DNA of 64,000 bases from Octopus vulgaris (GCA_951406725.2 OX597821.1:29574001-29638000); one strand, 5' to 3'; positions 28,228 through 42,561 are shown, counted from the stretch's first letter. Notes: generated by a model from the letters alone, not told the origin. A program made the numbers and translations.

Positions 28228-28259
<32 letters not shown>

Positions 28260-28594
28260 CGTGTATATATATATATGTATATATATATATGTATATATAC
28301 TTGTATGTATATATATATATGTATATATATATATGTATATATACTTGTATGTATATATATGTATGTATGTATGTATGTATATAGGTGCAGGCACAGTGAA
28401 GCCATAAGTGTGGCTGTAGGTACATTCATGGCTGCAGTCACAGGTGTGGCTTTATGGATGAGAAGCTTGCTTTCTAACAAAGTGCTTTCAGGTTCAGTTC
28501 CACTGCACACCACCTTGGGCAAGCACCTTCAACTACAACCCCAGGTTGACCAAATCCTTGAGATGATTGATAGATGAAAATTAAAAGAAGTCTG

Positions 28595-28642
<48 letters not shown>

Positions 28643-29441
28643 ACCTTGAAATCATGTGATAGCTGTAAATGAGCCATCATACAAGTGATGTTCACTTCCA
28701 GCATTCCGTGAAAATTATCTCAGCTCATAGGGAAATATTACCTAACATGGACACAGGCGGCAACGAGAAGGGCATCTACCTCTATAAACTCACACTAATT
28801 CATGCAAGTAAGGAAAATTGAACACTAAAATGATGATGATGATGAACTATAATCATATACATACATACACAAAGAAAGGGAAATGCAGGTTGCCATGACA
28901 CAGAAATGACAAGCTGCAATAATAATAATAATAATGAATACACACCATTAAACAAATGGTATAGTTACTACTAACATGCAAATCACAAAATAAGGACACA
29001 TTATTGATAAACCATTAATAAGGATTATTCGTTATGGGTTAGTGTATCGGCTAATTCCTAGCTCAACACAGAACTTGTCAGTATTGCTCATATAGCTAGC
29101 TCGTTACATTAACAAAGGTTTTTTTTTTAATGGATGCCTTTCTTGTAGTAAACCTTTTTAGTTACCACTTAAAACATGAAAGGATGTGGTGTGCCTATTG
29201 AGGTACACAGACAGTACACAACATCAAATCATTTTTTAACATATATCTTCCAAGTAGCATAAATTGAACAGTTTGACAGGGTTGGACAGATTGTGTACAT
29301 ATATATAAATTTAATATGTTCTGGCGTAAGATGTACACACTGATGAGGAAAATGTTAAATCAACGTGTTAGAACAAAAATTGCTTATGGTGTGTATTCTA
29401 GTCAGATTATCAAACACTCATATCCATATCATGGTAAAAGC

Positions 29442-29667
29442 TATTTTTTTAACTACCCACAAGGGGCTAAACGCAGAGAGGACAAACAAGGATAGACAAA
29501 TGGATTAAGTCGATTATATTGACCCCAGTGCATAACTGGTACTTAATTTATTGACCCCAAAAGGATGAAAGGCAAAGTCGACTTCAGCAGAATTTGAACT
29601 CAGAACGTAACGACAGACGAAATACGGCTACGCATTTCGCCAGGCGTGCTAGCGTTTCTGCCAGCTC
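29442..29667 (-). mobile_element. Near-intact tRNA-derived SINE (family A) with 6-bp TSD
   Basis: Minus head gagctggcagaaacgctagcacgcc..., B box gagttcaaattc, CpG-rich; AAAAGC flanks at 29436-29441 and 29668-29673. Older copies at ~16125, 16605, 18762, 19722, 36700, 42220, 55400, 59210, 62020. Confidence 0.85.
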
Positions 29668-31829
29668 AAAAGCAGTGAACCACTGACTAGCCTGTTAGAA
29701 ACGTATATCCAATGATTCTATTGTTAACAAAATACAATATGTAACATATATATGCGTACTAAGGTTTTACATGAATGTTTTCATATGCAAAGACTTCGAA
29801 ATAGTTATTCAACAATTATAAATTGTCTATCTAAAATGGTAACCATGAAACATATAAATTATTGTAAGTAAAAAAACTCTATCTCTCTCACAATATGAAT
29901 TAGTAGCATGTACCATGCTTTTACTAACTGCTTTAAATGCCTGTCATCATGAGCAGGCATAGATATTATCTTAATTCTCTCACTCTTGATTCAGCAGAAT
30001 ATCTAGGATGAAACAGATGGAGGGAGATAAGGCTGGATCAACATTTGGCTAGTATTCATCTTTAGTTGAGAAGGCTGAAGTAACATGAGACTGAGTTTTT
30101 TTGTTGAAAGACATAACATACTATTTAGTCAAGGAACTGAACCCACAACCTAATGATCATGAGCCTAACTAAACACCCTAACCACTAGGCCAAATGCATT
30201 CCTCAAAAACCCTATAAATGAATGTTAATGCATGTAATATATTTTGTTTTGTTTTTATTTTACATTGGGACAGGTGATACATTTACAAAAGCACTTGTTT
30301 TTATAGCTGGAAACTCCTTGCATTCTCCTTTCTTTTTCATTACCTAAGCCAAAGAAAAGCAATAGTACAAACAGCCACAGCAGGATTTCCCATCATCTCC
30401 ATAGGTAAATTCATCTCTCATCAGCTTCACATTATAGAGAAATTGAGTAAAGCACCAGCCCGACAAACACTTGTGTTGAATGAAAAGCTTAAATCTTAAT
30501 ATCATTTATCAAACTATTCATTTCCATGGTAACACAATATGATACAACAACTGCCCATATTGCATATAGAAAGCTTACCTGCCTTATTCTAACTCCTGAC
30601 TCACATTAATGTGCCTTCTATAATCCATTTATTCATTATTTCCTTTCTTTTATCTACACTACACATTATGACACAACAACCATTTCCACACATCTATGAC
30701 GGTGACAACAAAGATGACGATGGCAGCGATGATGATGACGAGAACTACTTTGATGAAGTAATTATAGAATGAGAGAATTTTAAGTCTTCTTAATACCATG
30801 AAAACAATATTATAGATTGCATTTTAACCATTAATTAATTTCATTACTGAATATCTTTATGTTTTAATTACCATTAAGGATTCGTGATTAATTAAGCTTT
30901 TTATCCTCATCATTACCATTATCAGTTTACATCCACTTTCCAGACTGGCATGGGTTGGATGGGTCACTACAAACCAAGCCAAGTCATTTGGAGTTAGAAA
31001 GCATTGGACAAAAAATGTCTTGTCTTGTAGTATTTTATCCAAGTTTTTTGCATTCTGAGTTCAAATCCAACTGACATTAACTGTCTCTTTCATCTTTACT
31101 ACTCAAGAACAGAGAGTTGATATAATTGACTAATCCTTCCTTCAAATTTCCAAGCCTTGAGTTCAAGTCCTACCAAGATCAATTTTGCATTTCATCTTTC
31201 CACGGTTGATAAAAGTGAAATATCAGTCAAGTACTGGAAATGATGGTAGTGACTAATCCCCACCAACCCCTGACGAAATGCTGACCTATTGCCTATATTA
31301 GAGAAAACTATAGCCATCAACATCATTATGGTAAAAATGGAAGAAAGAAAATAAAGCATTTCACAAGTTTCAAATTACATTCAATACTTAATATTTAATG
31401 CAATTCCAAGAATATATTACATTATTTTATGTGTAGATAGATTACTAACACCTTTCTGAAAGGCACATCAGTCTTATTTGGAGTTACAAAGTTTTGAACA
31501 GAAAATGTCTTGTGGTATTTTATTCAAAACTTTTTGAATTCCGAGTCCAAATCCGACTCACAATTTTCTCTTTTAACTTTAAAAACTTTCTACCAATCAA
31601 AAATAATAAAAATTTGTGTGCGTGTGTGTGTGCGCAAATACTCTCTACATATAGAGTTCTATTTCACCTGCTTATTCTAGCAAATATATATTGTCCTGCA
31701 CCCATATATGCATGTATATATACATATATATGTAGGTATGTACATATATGTATGTATATATGCATAAATTTATATATTATTTATGTTATTATATGATCAA
31801 ACACCACGCATCCTTTTCCAAGTAAGTTT

Positions 31830-31880
<51 letters not shown>

Positions 31881-33189
31881 GCATGTATAAAGGTATATAC
31901 ACACACACACACACACATATATGTATGATAAAATGTTCATAAATCCTCAGAGGGTTTACATCTGTTTATCCATGCTGACATGGGTTACAGTAAACCGTCT
32001 GAGGCACTGTTGCTTTACGACATGCAGGAACACGTAAAGCAGTTTGTGATAGGAAGTGCATCCAGCCATAGAAACCTTGTTAAAATGAAATGCACAAGTA
32101 AGACATGATTTCTCAACATACCTAAGCTGGCTCAAAATATGATGGCCCCCCTCCTCATCAAATTTATGCCACTATATAAGGCTGACGGAAAAGGGCAATG
32201 ATGATGTGTGTGGATGCAAGTACATCTATACACACATATAAAACAGCATTTGTATGTATGTGTGCATGTGTATGTGTGTGTGTGTGTGTGTATATGTATA
32301 ACAATGTAGATGTACGTTTGTGCTTGCATGCATCATTCAGTGGATGCATGTTCTGACTTAGCAAATACAAAAATGCATCCACTAGGCACATCAAACTGTG
32401 CACATGCTTCAATATATGTGTGTATGTTTGTTTATATGAATATGTACGCATGTAATCACAAGTATGCACATGCCACACCCAGGTGTGTATGTGGGAGGGT
32501 TTCACTATATAAATCTGTGTGTGATCACATCATCAAAACAATATACATGTCACATTCTAGTGCATATGTGTGCATGTGTGTGTGTATGTGTGTGACAGAG
32601 AGTGAGAGAGAGAGAGGATGAATGGGTGAACACATGACATACCATCTGGCAACATAGACATAAAACAGCTTTTGTTTGATGTTTGTACATCAATTTAATT
32701 TCTTTTAAATTTCACCTTCACCACCGTCATCATAATTACTAGTCATGTTGTGCGTTAATATTACCATTGTTTTGATGTTGTGGCTATTGTTGTATAATGT
32801 ACTCCAGAATAATAATCACCATTATAATTGATTTTGTATCATTTTTTTTCATTGAGCAATGGTTCTGTAAGCACTGGTATGGGGTGAGTGGAACTCATAA
32901 AATGAAAACAAAAACTGTAAAACATAAAAATCTAGATACTAGGAAATATAGATTTTTCTTTTCTTTATAAGTCAACTTGAAGGAAAAAGTGTTTCGTAAG
33001 AATAATATCGAAGTGTAAATGATGGTATCAATATTTTGCCACAAGGGTAATGGAGTCACAAGTTACAATGCAGCGCAATAGAATATTCTACAAATGAAGA
33101 ACAGAAACTGACTGAGGGCAACTATCAAGAAGCGATGGTCAACTCTGTTAAAAACTCCTCACAATTTATCAGAGCCTCACTGAAGCCAG

Positions 33190-34440
33190 GTTTATTACCT
33201 ACCATCTCTATATGTGGCATAAGGTAGAGCTTTTGCATGCAGAAGACCTGCCCAGTGCTGTACAGAGCTGTGTCTTTTTGACTGTGCTTCTTGTACTCAC
33301 GATAAGTATCAACCGCTTTGATAGCAACTTGGCCAAAATCTTAAACCTTATATTCAGCAGAGTTATTGGGTTGAAAATTATATCTAATATATCCTCCTTG
33401 TTCACTAGTAGGTGCAGGCATGCCTGTTTGGTAAGAAGTTTGCTTCCCAACCACATGCTTCCAGGTTCCGTCCCACTTAGTGGATCCATGGACAAGTGTC
33501 TTCTACTACAGCCTTGGGCTGACCAAAGCTTTGTGACTGGATTTGGTAGACAGAAACTGAAAGAAACCTGTCATATGTGTGTGTCTTTGCGTCCATGTTT
33601 GTCCCCAACCATCGCTTAACAACCAATGTTGGTGCATTTTCATCCACATAACTTGGCAGTTCAGCAAAAGAGACCGAAAGAATAAGTACTAGGCTAACAA
33701 AGAATAAGTCCTGGAGTGGAATTCTACAACAAAAAAACCCTTCAAGGCAGTGCTCTAGCATGGCCACAGTCAAATGGCTAAAACAAGGAACAGAATAATA
33801 CTCAGCTATTAGTCCTGGGATTCAACTATTCTGCTGTCAGTAGTAGTAAACATCTGCCTAAGCACCAGCAAACAAGTCTGGCATGTCTACATAAGGCTTG
33901 TAGGGCAGATCATTCAAATCATACAATTTGTCTCTCACACAACTTCTTAACAACAACTGTAATTCAGCTACTATTGTTAGCTTTCCACAACATTTTCCCT
34001 CCAGAACCTAGAGCTGCAGTAGGCCGTCAGAGTAGGCACTCAAGTCTAGGATTATTTCCACTCCACTACCCATCCAAATCAATTGAAGAAAGTGCTCCTG
34101 GAAAGCCACCAACATCTGTCTGGAATTCAGTAGCATACACCTGCCCTGCTGTGTCAAAGACTAAAATGTGTCTCTATTGCCCTGCTACACCTAATCACTT
34201 TTGAACATCTTTTCATTTTTTCATGTCTCAGACAGCTGACAATGGAATCATCAGGTTTTGCATTGGAACAGTGGAGTTTTATTCTTGCCATTAGCACATC
34301 AGTTACAATGCCTCTTCTAATTAAACACTAGCACTCATTCTAATCTGTTTCTTTCCATCATTGCTTCTTTGCAACACTCTAATCACTCTCTTCTTAAGGA
34401 TAACTTCTCCCTCCCTACCACCCTTTTCAGAGACCCAGTA
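33190..34440 (-). mobile_element. Decayed Tx1/L1-clade LINE ORF2 (RT N-terminal region), split by a SINE
   Basis: Minus translations DLNDLPYKPYVDMPDLFAGA*ADVYYY*QQNS*IP (~33810-33920) and FNPITLLNIRFKILAKLLSKRL (33310-33380) resemble GxDGLP..FY and RPITLLNxDxKILAKxLAxRL motifs. Confidence 0.75.
33411..33800 (+). mobile_element. Full-length family B SINE inserted in the Tx1 fragment
   Basis: tRNA-like head, gtgtcttctacta/gaccaaagc core, and 3' aaggcagtgctctagcatggccacagtcaaatgg tail. Confidence 0.85.
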
Positions 34441-34815
34441 AAAGACCATAGACACCATCTACCCATCTCAATCTTGTTTTTAAATGAATACTCAAACACC
34501 AAGTGTTGATGATTACCCTCATCAACTGCCAACATGCTTAACTATGTCAACATTTTCCATGTGTCGTTAATTAACTAACATTATCTCACATTGGTGAGTG
34601 CACCTGTGTAAGCACAGAACGCTCATTAAGACAGAGTAATTAGTTATTAACTATATGTACCATGTTTTCAACTGAAAATGTGTCCAATACAGATTATTGC
34701 ATTACATGCATATGATGGAGCAGGTTAGTAATCAATAAAGCAAATAATACCAGTTATATACTAACAAGCACCAATTTAATCGACAATGCCATTTCTTTCA
34801 CAAATATATTGGCCT

Positions 34816-34848
<33 letters not shown>

Positions 34849-35102
34849 GCTACAAAGGAAAAAAAATCAATCAATATACCTAACAGAATTTATTGCACAC
34901 CGAGAGAAACATGAAACTTGAGTTTTTTGATTATTTTTTCTTCATGCCTTCTATATATAAATCTACATGTATTTTTTTACCTTTTGTTACACTTGGAAAC
35001 CTGAATTGTACATGAATATATATACACCAAGTAACTTATATTGCTTATGTGTGAAATGCATGTGTGTGTGTGTGTGTACATCAGAGTAGACCTATACTTG
35101 CA

Positions 35103-35133
<31 letters not shown>

Positions 35134-35469
35134 GCGTATGTATGTATGTCAGAATACAAATGTACAAAGACAATCAAATAAACTATAATTATCAACATGT
35201 ACATACACGCATATAAATGTATATATAAATATGCATAGCTACAAAGATATGTTACACACACATATATATCATTAAGAATGCATATATAAATATGTACACA
35301 AACAAACAGTTTCTCTCTGAAGTACTTTTTGGATATAATAACGTTCTGGTATTAATCACATTAGCTAGCTGGCATCAGTTTCTATGGTAATTAGTGCCGG
35401 CACATTAATGGAGATTCCAAGAGAACGAAGAGAATAATGAGGACACGGGGAATGGGAGGAGACAGAAGA

Positions 35470-35630
35470 ATGGTGGTTTTGGTGGTGATGGTGGCGGTGG
35501 TGGTAGTGGTAGTGGTGGTGGTGATGGTGGTGGTGGTGGTGGTGGTGGTGGTAGTAGTAGTAGTAGTAAGAGTAGTAGTAGTAGTAAGAGTAGTAGTAGT
35601 AGTAAGAGTAGTAGTAGTAGTAGTAGTAAG
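35470..35630. repeat. (GGT)n/(AGT)n compound microsatellite
   Basis: Direct inspection; gives the poly-V and poly-T ORFs. Confidence 0.95.
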
Positions 35631-38199
35631 GTAAAAAAAGAGCTGTTTCTTCAGCACTTAAATGCCATCTTAAAGAAGATATTGGTTTTAAATTTAAAAT
35701 TTGGTAAGAAGTAAAATAAACAGAATAGAGATGTCAGAAGTATTTAAATAAAATTAAATAAAATAAATAAACAAAACTAATGTTAAAATGATAAAGACAA
35801 AGAAAGCGGGGGGGGGGACCTGAAGCGACTAGGATAGTTGCCAACATCATGTGTTCAGGACAACAGTTTGTATGTTAAGTGGAGCAACATGTATTGATCT
35901 GAATACATCGGCGTTTAATATTTTCCTTTATTTCTTCCTCAGGTATGGTGTAGTGAGTGGTTGGTTACTTACAGCACTACTAGGGATGCTGCAAGCAATA
36001 TTCCCTCCAAGCTATTGGCTCCTAAATTTTTTTTTTTGCTGGCAGTGCACTTTAGAGCAAATAAAACTATTTTGGCACATATTTTGTATATAAAGTAAAA
36101 TGTGTGTGTGTTTTATTCTCTTAATTTTCTGAAGTCTATTCCTTCTTTCAATCATTAGACTGCCATCATGCTGGGGCACTGCCTCGAACAAATTTATCCC
36201 TACTTCTTGCTTTAAGCCTTGTACTAACTTTCTTAGTCGCTTTTTCCTAAACTGCAACTTTATAAGGATAAGTAACTAAAACAAGATGTCAAGCAGTGGC
36301 GGTGGACAAATACAAAGGCATGCACACACACATAATAGGCTTTCACACAGTTTCCATCTACTACTTTCACACACGAGGCATTGGTCAGCCCAGTGCATCA
36401 GTAGCAGGTGCTATGCATTGAGGCTGAACCCAAAATTATATGGTTGTGAAGTGAGTTCCTTAATGCACCAATGCTTGTACACATAAAACAGGTGTGTGTG
36501 TGTGTGTGTTTTGTAGTCTATATATCAATTTTAACCACAGAAAATTATGTAAGTCTATGTTCATTTGAATAATGCTGCCTTGATCTTACATTTAAATTAG
36601 GGGTTGATAAAATATCTGAGGACTGGAGGTGATACTATCAACTAACCCACTTCCCTAAAAATTGTTGGCCTTGTGCTTAAATTAGAAATTATTGTTATTA
36701 AGGTGAGATGGCAGAATCTTTAGAATGTCAGACAAAATGCGTTACAGTATTTGTTCCAACTTTCCTTCATATTCTGAGTTCAATTCCCATTGATGTCAAC
36801 TCTGCCTTTCATCCTCCAGGGACCATCATCAACATCAACCAATAAAATAAAGTACCATTCAAGTATTGAACATGATGGTAACAACCAGCTTCCTCTCTCT
36901 AAAATTGCTGGACTTTTCTCAAACTTTGAAATAATTATTATCAATATTGTGTGTCTGTTTGTACAAGTTTGTGATATGAAACCATTGCTTAAATGAAATT
37001 GAAGAGTGAAAATACAGTAAGGTAATAGTTGTTTGAAGCAGGTGCAGTACTTTCAGAGCTTGTGGTAATAAATGACCACATTCAGTATTTTATTAATGAT
37101 CCTGTATATGTAGATTGAAAACTTTATGCAAAATTTATGATTACATAACATGTAAATTTCAAACTTATTTTAATATGTTCAACCTTCTGTGCACTCAGTG
37201 AATTCTATGTGAACATATTACTGTTGCAGGGAAAAATTTTACATGTATAATATATTTGCACATGTAAAATAAATACTGAGAAGTAAATGGCAAAAACTGC
37301 CTAGCAGGGTGGCTGCAATAATATTAGATTTACAGAATTAATCTATAATACATCAGGAATATTGGTCAAATGTCAAAGTTCTAAAAGGATAAATGTATGC
37401 AAGTATATTTGGAATGTGTAAATATAACTAGAAGGACAATTTCCAGTACAAATATTGTACCAGCTGCACAACATAATAAGTAATTATATTCTGCAATATG
37501 TATGAAGTACTTTTACTTTTGTGTATGTATGTATGTATGAGCACGCGTCTATATATGGTTGAGTGTGTACAACTGTGCGTGCATGTGTGTGTATGTGCAC
37601 GCACACGCATGCATGTGCGTGCATGCAAGTATATATCATCTTTAACATCTGTGTTTTTCCGTTGGCATAGATCAGACGGTTTAACAGTATCTAATGAGTT
37701 AGATAACTGCATCATGCTCTAACACCTGTTTTGCTATGGTCTTCAGGGCTAGGTACCCTTCCTAATGCCAACACCTCTACAGAGGGCACTGGGTGCTTTT
37801 TTTTTCATGGCACCAGTGCTTTTTTCATGGTGAGGTCTGCCTATGTAGCCTCACAAGACTAATATTGCTTTCAACTGGGTGGAATTACAGTAGAGAAGGA
37901 GGCAACTTTATACAAGTCGATGGGAGGTCAAAGTATGAAAAGATACAGAACAGATATTTTGCAATAGAAAAGATACATAGCTACTTGCATTATACAATAG
38001 TGAGTCGGTATGAGTAATTAGGAAGGGACTGGAAAGAGTGATAAAGATGATGGTGATGAGATATCAGGGTGGGACACAGGAAAAGAAAAATAGGAAAGGT
38101 GAATCTTTCCGGCTCCACTCACTCTTGCATCAATGCAAGTAGCTAAACACTACCTCTTTGACAAAATATCTGTGTTTGTATGTATGTATGTATATATAT

Positions 38200-38231
<32 letters not shown>

Positions 38232-38460
38232 AATATATATATATACACATTTATTCACATGTTCAATTTTTTCCCTATGCTATGTGGTATTAGATGGGGG
38301 ACTATGTGAGGCACCACTTTTCAGTTGTATACCCTTCCTGTTGCCAGGCCTTACCTGTTTTTTCAGTTAGGAGTTGTTTTTGTTTTTTCTATTCCACTGC
38401 TCTTCTGTGAACATTCATACACATGACAGATGTATATACAGATATACACAAATTGAGATA

Positions 38461-38790
38461 GGGGTTCCCAACCACATGGTTCCGGGTTCAGTCCCACAGC
38501 CTGTCACCTTGGACAAGTGTCTTCTACTATAGTCTCAGGTCAACCAAAGCCTTGTGAGTGAATCTGGTAAACGGAAACTGAAAGAAACCTGTCGTGTGTA
38601 TGTCTATGTGTCCTCCCACCATCACTTGACAACTGATGTTGGTGTGTTTACATCCCTGTAACTTAGCGGGTTGGCAAAGGAGCCCTATAGAATAAATACT
38701 AGGCTTACAAAGAATAAGTGCTAGGGTTGATTTGTTCAACTAAGTCAGTGCTCCAGCATGGCCACAGTCAAATGACTGAAACAAAAGAAT
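38461..38790 (+). mobile_element. Near full-length family B SINE
   Basis: cccaaccacatggttccgggttcagtccca...gtgctccagcatggccacagtcaaatgactgaaaca. Confidence 0.85.
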
Positions 38791-38848
<58 letters not shown>

Positions 38849-39416
38849 CAGACACATACACATGTACACACACATATATATGCACACACACACACACATG
38901 CGTATATTCACACTCACTTATATACAACAGGTTTCTCATATTTCCATCAATTAATTCTACTCGAAGCATTTCTCGACACAAGGACTATAGTAAAAGACAG
39001 CTGCATAAGGTGCCATGCAGTGAGACTGAACACAAAACCATATGATCATGAAATAAGCTTTTTAACTACAGTCATACTTGTGTATTTATTATCATCTCAT
39101 TATCAAATAACAACGATGATATATAAGCAAATACATTTATATTTTACACGCAGTTTGCATGCAGAACATTCCTTTCAAGTGAAGATACAATGATCTTGCT
39201 CCCTCCTGACAGTATCACTAAAATACCTGAGACATACCATATGTCACAACGGCGCCTCTATGGCTCCATCAGAAGCTTAGGCCCCCCAACCACTAACGTG
39301 GTGTGTGTGTGCATGCAAGAGAGAGAGAGAGAGAGAGTGGGGGGAGGTCTGAATGTAGCAACATAGAGTATATGAAATCATTTATATCAGTGAGTATTTG
39401 TAGCCTTACTCTAAAG

Positions 39417-39788
39417 CAAAGGTGAGCAAATTTCTCATATCATTCATGGAATCGTTGATAAATTATCAATCCACATGTAAATTTCTAAACTAAAATTAGA
39501 AAGTGTAATAAACCAAAAAAAAATTTTTTGATTTAAAACAATAATTCCATTGTTCTTTTGTCTCATTACCAAGAAATTTAATGAAAATACTTAATGAAAC
39601 TGATAAGAAACAACAAAAATTCAGTTATATTTTACTGATAAGGCTGGAATATTTAATGCGAAATATGGCTTGATTGCTAATAAATTTCAACATCCTTAAT
39701 GCTCAAAAATCATTTAAGGTGTCTATTGTCCCTATGAATAGCAACATAGACGGCCAGGGGCCAACACTGACTACTTTGCCAACCCCAG
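39417..39788. mobile_element. Old hAT-type MITE
   Basis: Degenerate TIRs caaaggtgagcaaa / tttgccaaccccag; 8-bp flanks ctctaaag vs cacaaaag (6/8). Confidence 0.55.
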
Positions 39789-40380
39789 CACAAAAGTAAT
39801 TTGGAGTTATAACCCAGCCTGCTAACATCCAGACTTAAGAATCACAGTGGTATTGAGTAAGCTAATGAGTAGGTTTGGTGCAGCTAGTATTATGAATGTA
39901 GTCCGAGATTGTTTATATCTGTTATCACCCTTTACTCCTACTGACTATGGCGAATAAGCAAACCCAAACAATGGACATAACAAAAAATCAAAACTAATAA
40001 ATTGATCGCTATGGTTTATTTCCCTGGTTGTTGAGAGCCCTGAGGTTTAAACACAGCATCTGTTGTTTTGTTTTGTATTTTCATAACAAATTTAATTAAC
40101 ATATTGATATTACTTTCCCTTAACCTTTTACATAGAAGTAGCTTATGGGTATTGCTTATGTAATTATATCTGTGTATGTGTATGTGTGCATGTGTACCCA
40201 CACAAGCACATATATGTACATACACATATATGAACAAATGTACACATACAAAATGGAGATACTAACCTTGATGAAAAAAAATATACAGCAATAAATTCTA
40301 TCTATAATTGATAAGTTATGTAATTGAGGCTCAAGGCATTTGATTTCATTTTTATCAGTCAACAGGCTCCATGTTGTTGG

Positions 40381-40760
40381 TTTTTTTTTTTTTTACATTC
40401 AAGTTGTTTGCAAAACTCTGAATCTATATAGCAGACATGAGTAAGAAAGGAGTTCCAGAGAACCAACACTGTGGAGAAGAAGGAATAAAGTACAGAGCAA
40501 GGGAGGTTGAAGATAATATAGGTGATGAGAGGAGGAAAGATACATCAGGAATACATGAATGGAACTGGTAGAAGACGGCTCAGAGAAGTATAGGACATTG
40601 TAGCAGTGGTAGAAATGGCCAAGAAAGAGCCAAAGGCTGTAACATGTTTGTAAGTGATTTTATGCAAATCAGTTGAGCAGCCTTCCCAGGATGCATTGTG
40701 TGGACAACAGCAGCATTGTGTCTCATCAGAGTATTGTAGAGTGATTGAGACTATAGATTT
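40381..40760 (-). mobile_element. Decayed Jockey/L2-like LINE 3' end with poly(A)
   Basis: Minus fragments AAVVHT, LTNMLQPLA, FYHCYN, SFFSTVLVLWNS resemble the LINE ORF2 C-terminus (LQPLAHRR..FYRYYN..SFFPRT..LWNSLP); T-run at 40381-40394. Confidence 0.55.
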
Positions 40761-40838
40761 AGAATTTCAGTTTGGATTTTACATAACATTGCATACCAGT
40801 AGGGAATTAAAAACAGAGTCAAGTCTGCTAGATAATTT

Positions 40839-41276
40839 GGATCTTTGCGGTTTGAACGGCAGTTTTTTCTAGCGGTGTCATATGAAATTGTCACCCATAA
40901 TTATGACCCTAGAATTGATCTATTGCATTTCAATCTCTTTTAGGGTTATGGTTAGTTAGGGTTAGGGTTGGTTAGGGTTAGGGGAAGGGTATCTTTTTTT
41001 CTTCACGAATGTAAATAAACCCAATCTGTTACTTAAACGAGGGACATATTCATATGGCACTGAATGTTTTTTTACTTCAATAGACGTCAGTGATTGGTTG
41101 AAATTGCAGAAATTGAAGAAAAAAAACAACAAATATCTTACAAACTATAGAATTTTCTCAATAAAGCCAAGAGAAAAAGATGTTTTATAAACACATTCTA
41201 CCAGTATACGAAGTTTAAAATTTTTTAGCTACCGAGAAATTATGTTAAAAACTGCCGTTCAAACCAAAAAAGATCC
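40839..41276. mobile_element. MITE with ~30-bp TIRs and internal TTAGGG repeats, copy 1
   Basis: TIRs ggatctttgcggtttgaacggcagttttt / aaaaactgccgttcaaaccaaaaaagatcc; ttagggttatggttagttagggttagggttggttagggttagggg at ~40940-40984. Confidence 0.9.
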
Positions 41277-42446
41277 AATAATTTACCTCAATCATCATCA
41301 AAGTCTATTTTCATGCTAGCGTAGGTAGGTAAGACGATTTGACAGATGTTGGCAAGCCAGAAAGCGGCACCAGTCTGTTTTGGCAAGTATTCTATGACTT
41401 CACTAAATACTTTACAGAGTGTACTAGGTGGCTTTTACATGGCTACAGCACAGGTGCTTTTGCATAGCACTAGCGCCAGTGGAAAGGCCAAGTAGCTTGC
41501 AAGGCAAAAATCTCTCAAGTGAGAGACAGATTGGAACTGAGAGAAGTGACCGTGTGCCAGATGAGAGGTTAGAATATATAGAGGGGCAAACAAAGCTGTC
41601 TTACTACAGAGGAGCTATTTATATAAACTTTACATGTGAAACAACTGGGATAGAACTACAAAGCTCTATGGGGAAAGGGAACCCAGTCATTTGTCAAACA
41701 ATAGAGATATTTGAATATCTCACCCTTCTGACACAAAACTATTTGAAGCAACTGTATAAACAGAGTTACCACCAATGGTTTGGGACCCAAATAACTGATG
41801 GAACCACTAGGGAGATAGCCAAGGCAACTGAGACCACCTCGAAATAGTCGTGATTGACAAGAGACAGCAAATAGAATACTCCAGTAGGAAAAGGCTAATT
41901 CAATCCGCAATGCCTCACTCAGATGAAGAGTACAGGGTAACGAGTGAAACACTTATGACACTTGCGATACAAAAAGATTTCTAACAACGTGATAGTTTGG
42001 GTTATGTATTTTTTATCGTTATTTCATCTTTACTCAATATGCCTTTTCTTTGTCACTTCCCATATGTGTATGATTGTCTGTATTCACACATGCAACTTCC
42101 ATGATGGCACAATTAACTGGACAGGTTGCAGTACAATTCACAATACATTCAGGGTGTATGCTGCGCAGATCAATTCCTTCAACATTTCCAGTTATCACAC
42201 ACACAAGTAATAAAAATAATCCTTTCTACAATAGACACAATGCTTGAGATTTGTGGGGAGTGGGTAAGTTGACTGGTACTTAATTTATCAACTCCGAAAG
42301 GATGAAAGGCGTAATTGACCTCGGCTGAATTTGAATGCAGAACATAAAGACGAGCAAAATAGCTAAGCATTTTGCCCAGCATGCTAATAATTCTGCCAGT
42401 TCCCCACCATAATAATAATAATAGAGGGTTGGAACTTGAGCTCATG

Positions 42447-42561
42447 CACTAGCATAGCTGGAGGGGGGAGGGGAATCAGTCCACCCTAGGTAGCACTGCT
42501 TTTGGGTCTGCATTTTTTTTGTGGGAGCTCAGAGACAGCACACACTCTAACTATACTAGTG
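42447..42561. mobile_element. 115-bp hAT-type MITE with 8-bp TSD
   Basis: TIRs cactagcatagct / aactatactagtg (11/13); TSD agctcatg (42439-46) vs agttcatg (42562-69), 7/8. Confidence 0.8.

Noticed and set aside
38345-38362. CAG|GTAAGG donor-like sites (also 47445-47460 and 24744-24752)
   Set aside because: Part of a dispersed repeat motif (ggaaacaggtragg...ggcaacagg), not an exon boundary
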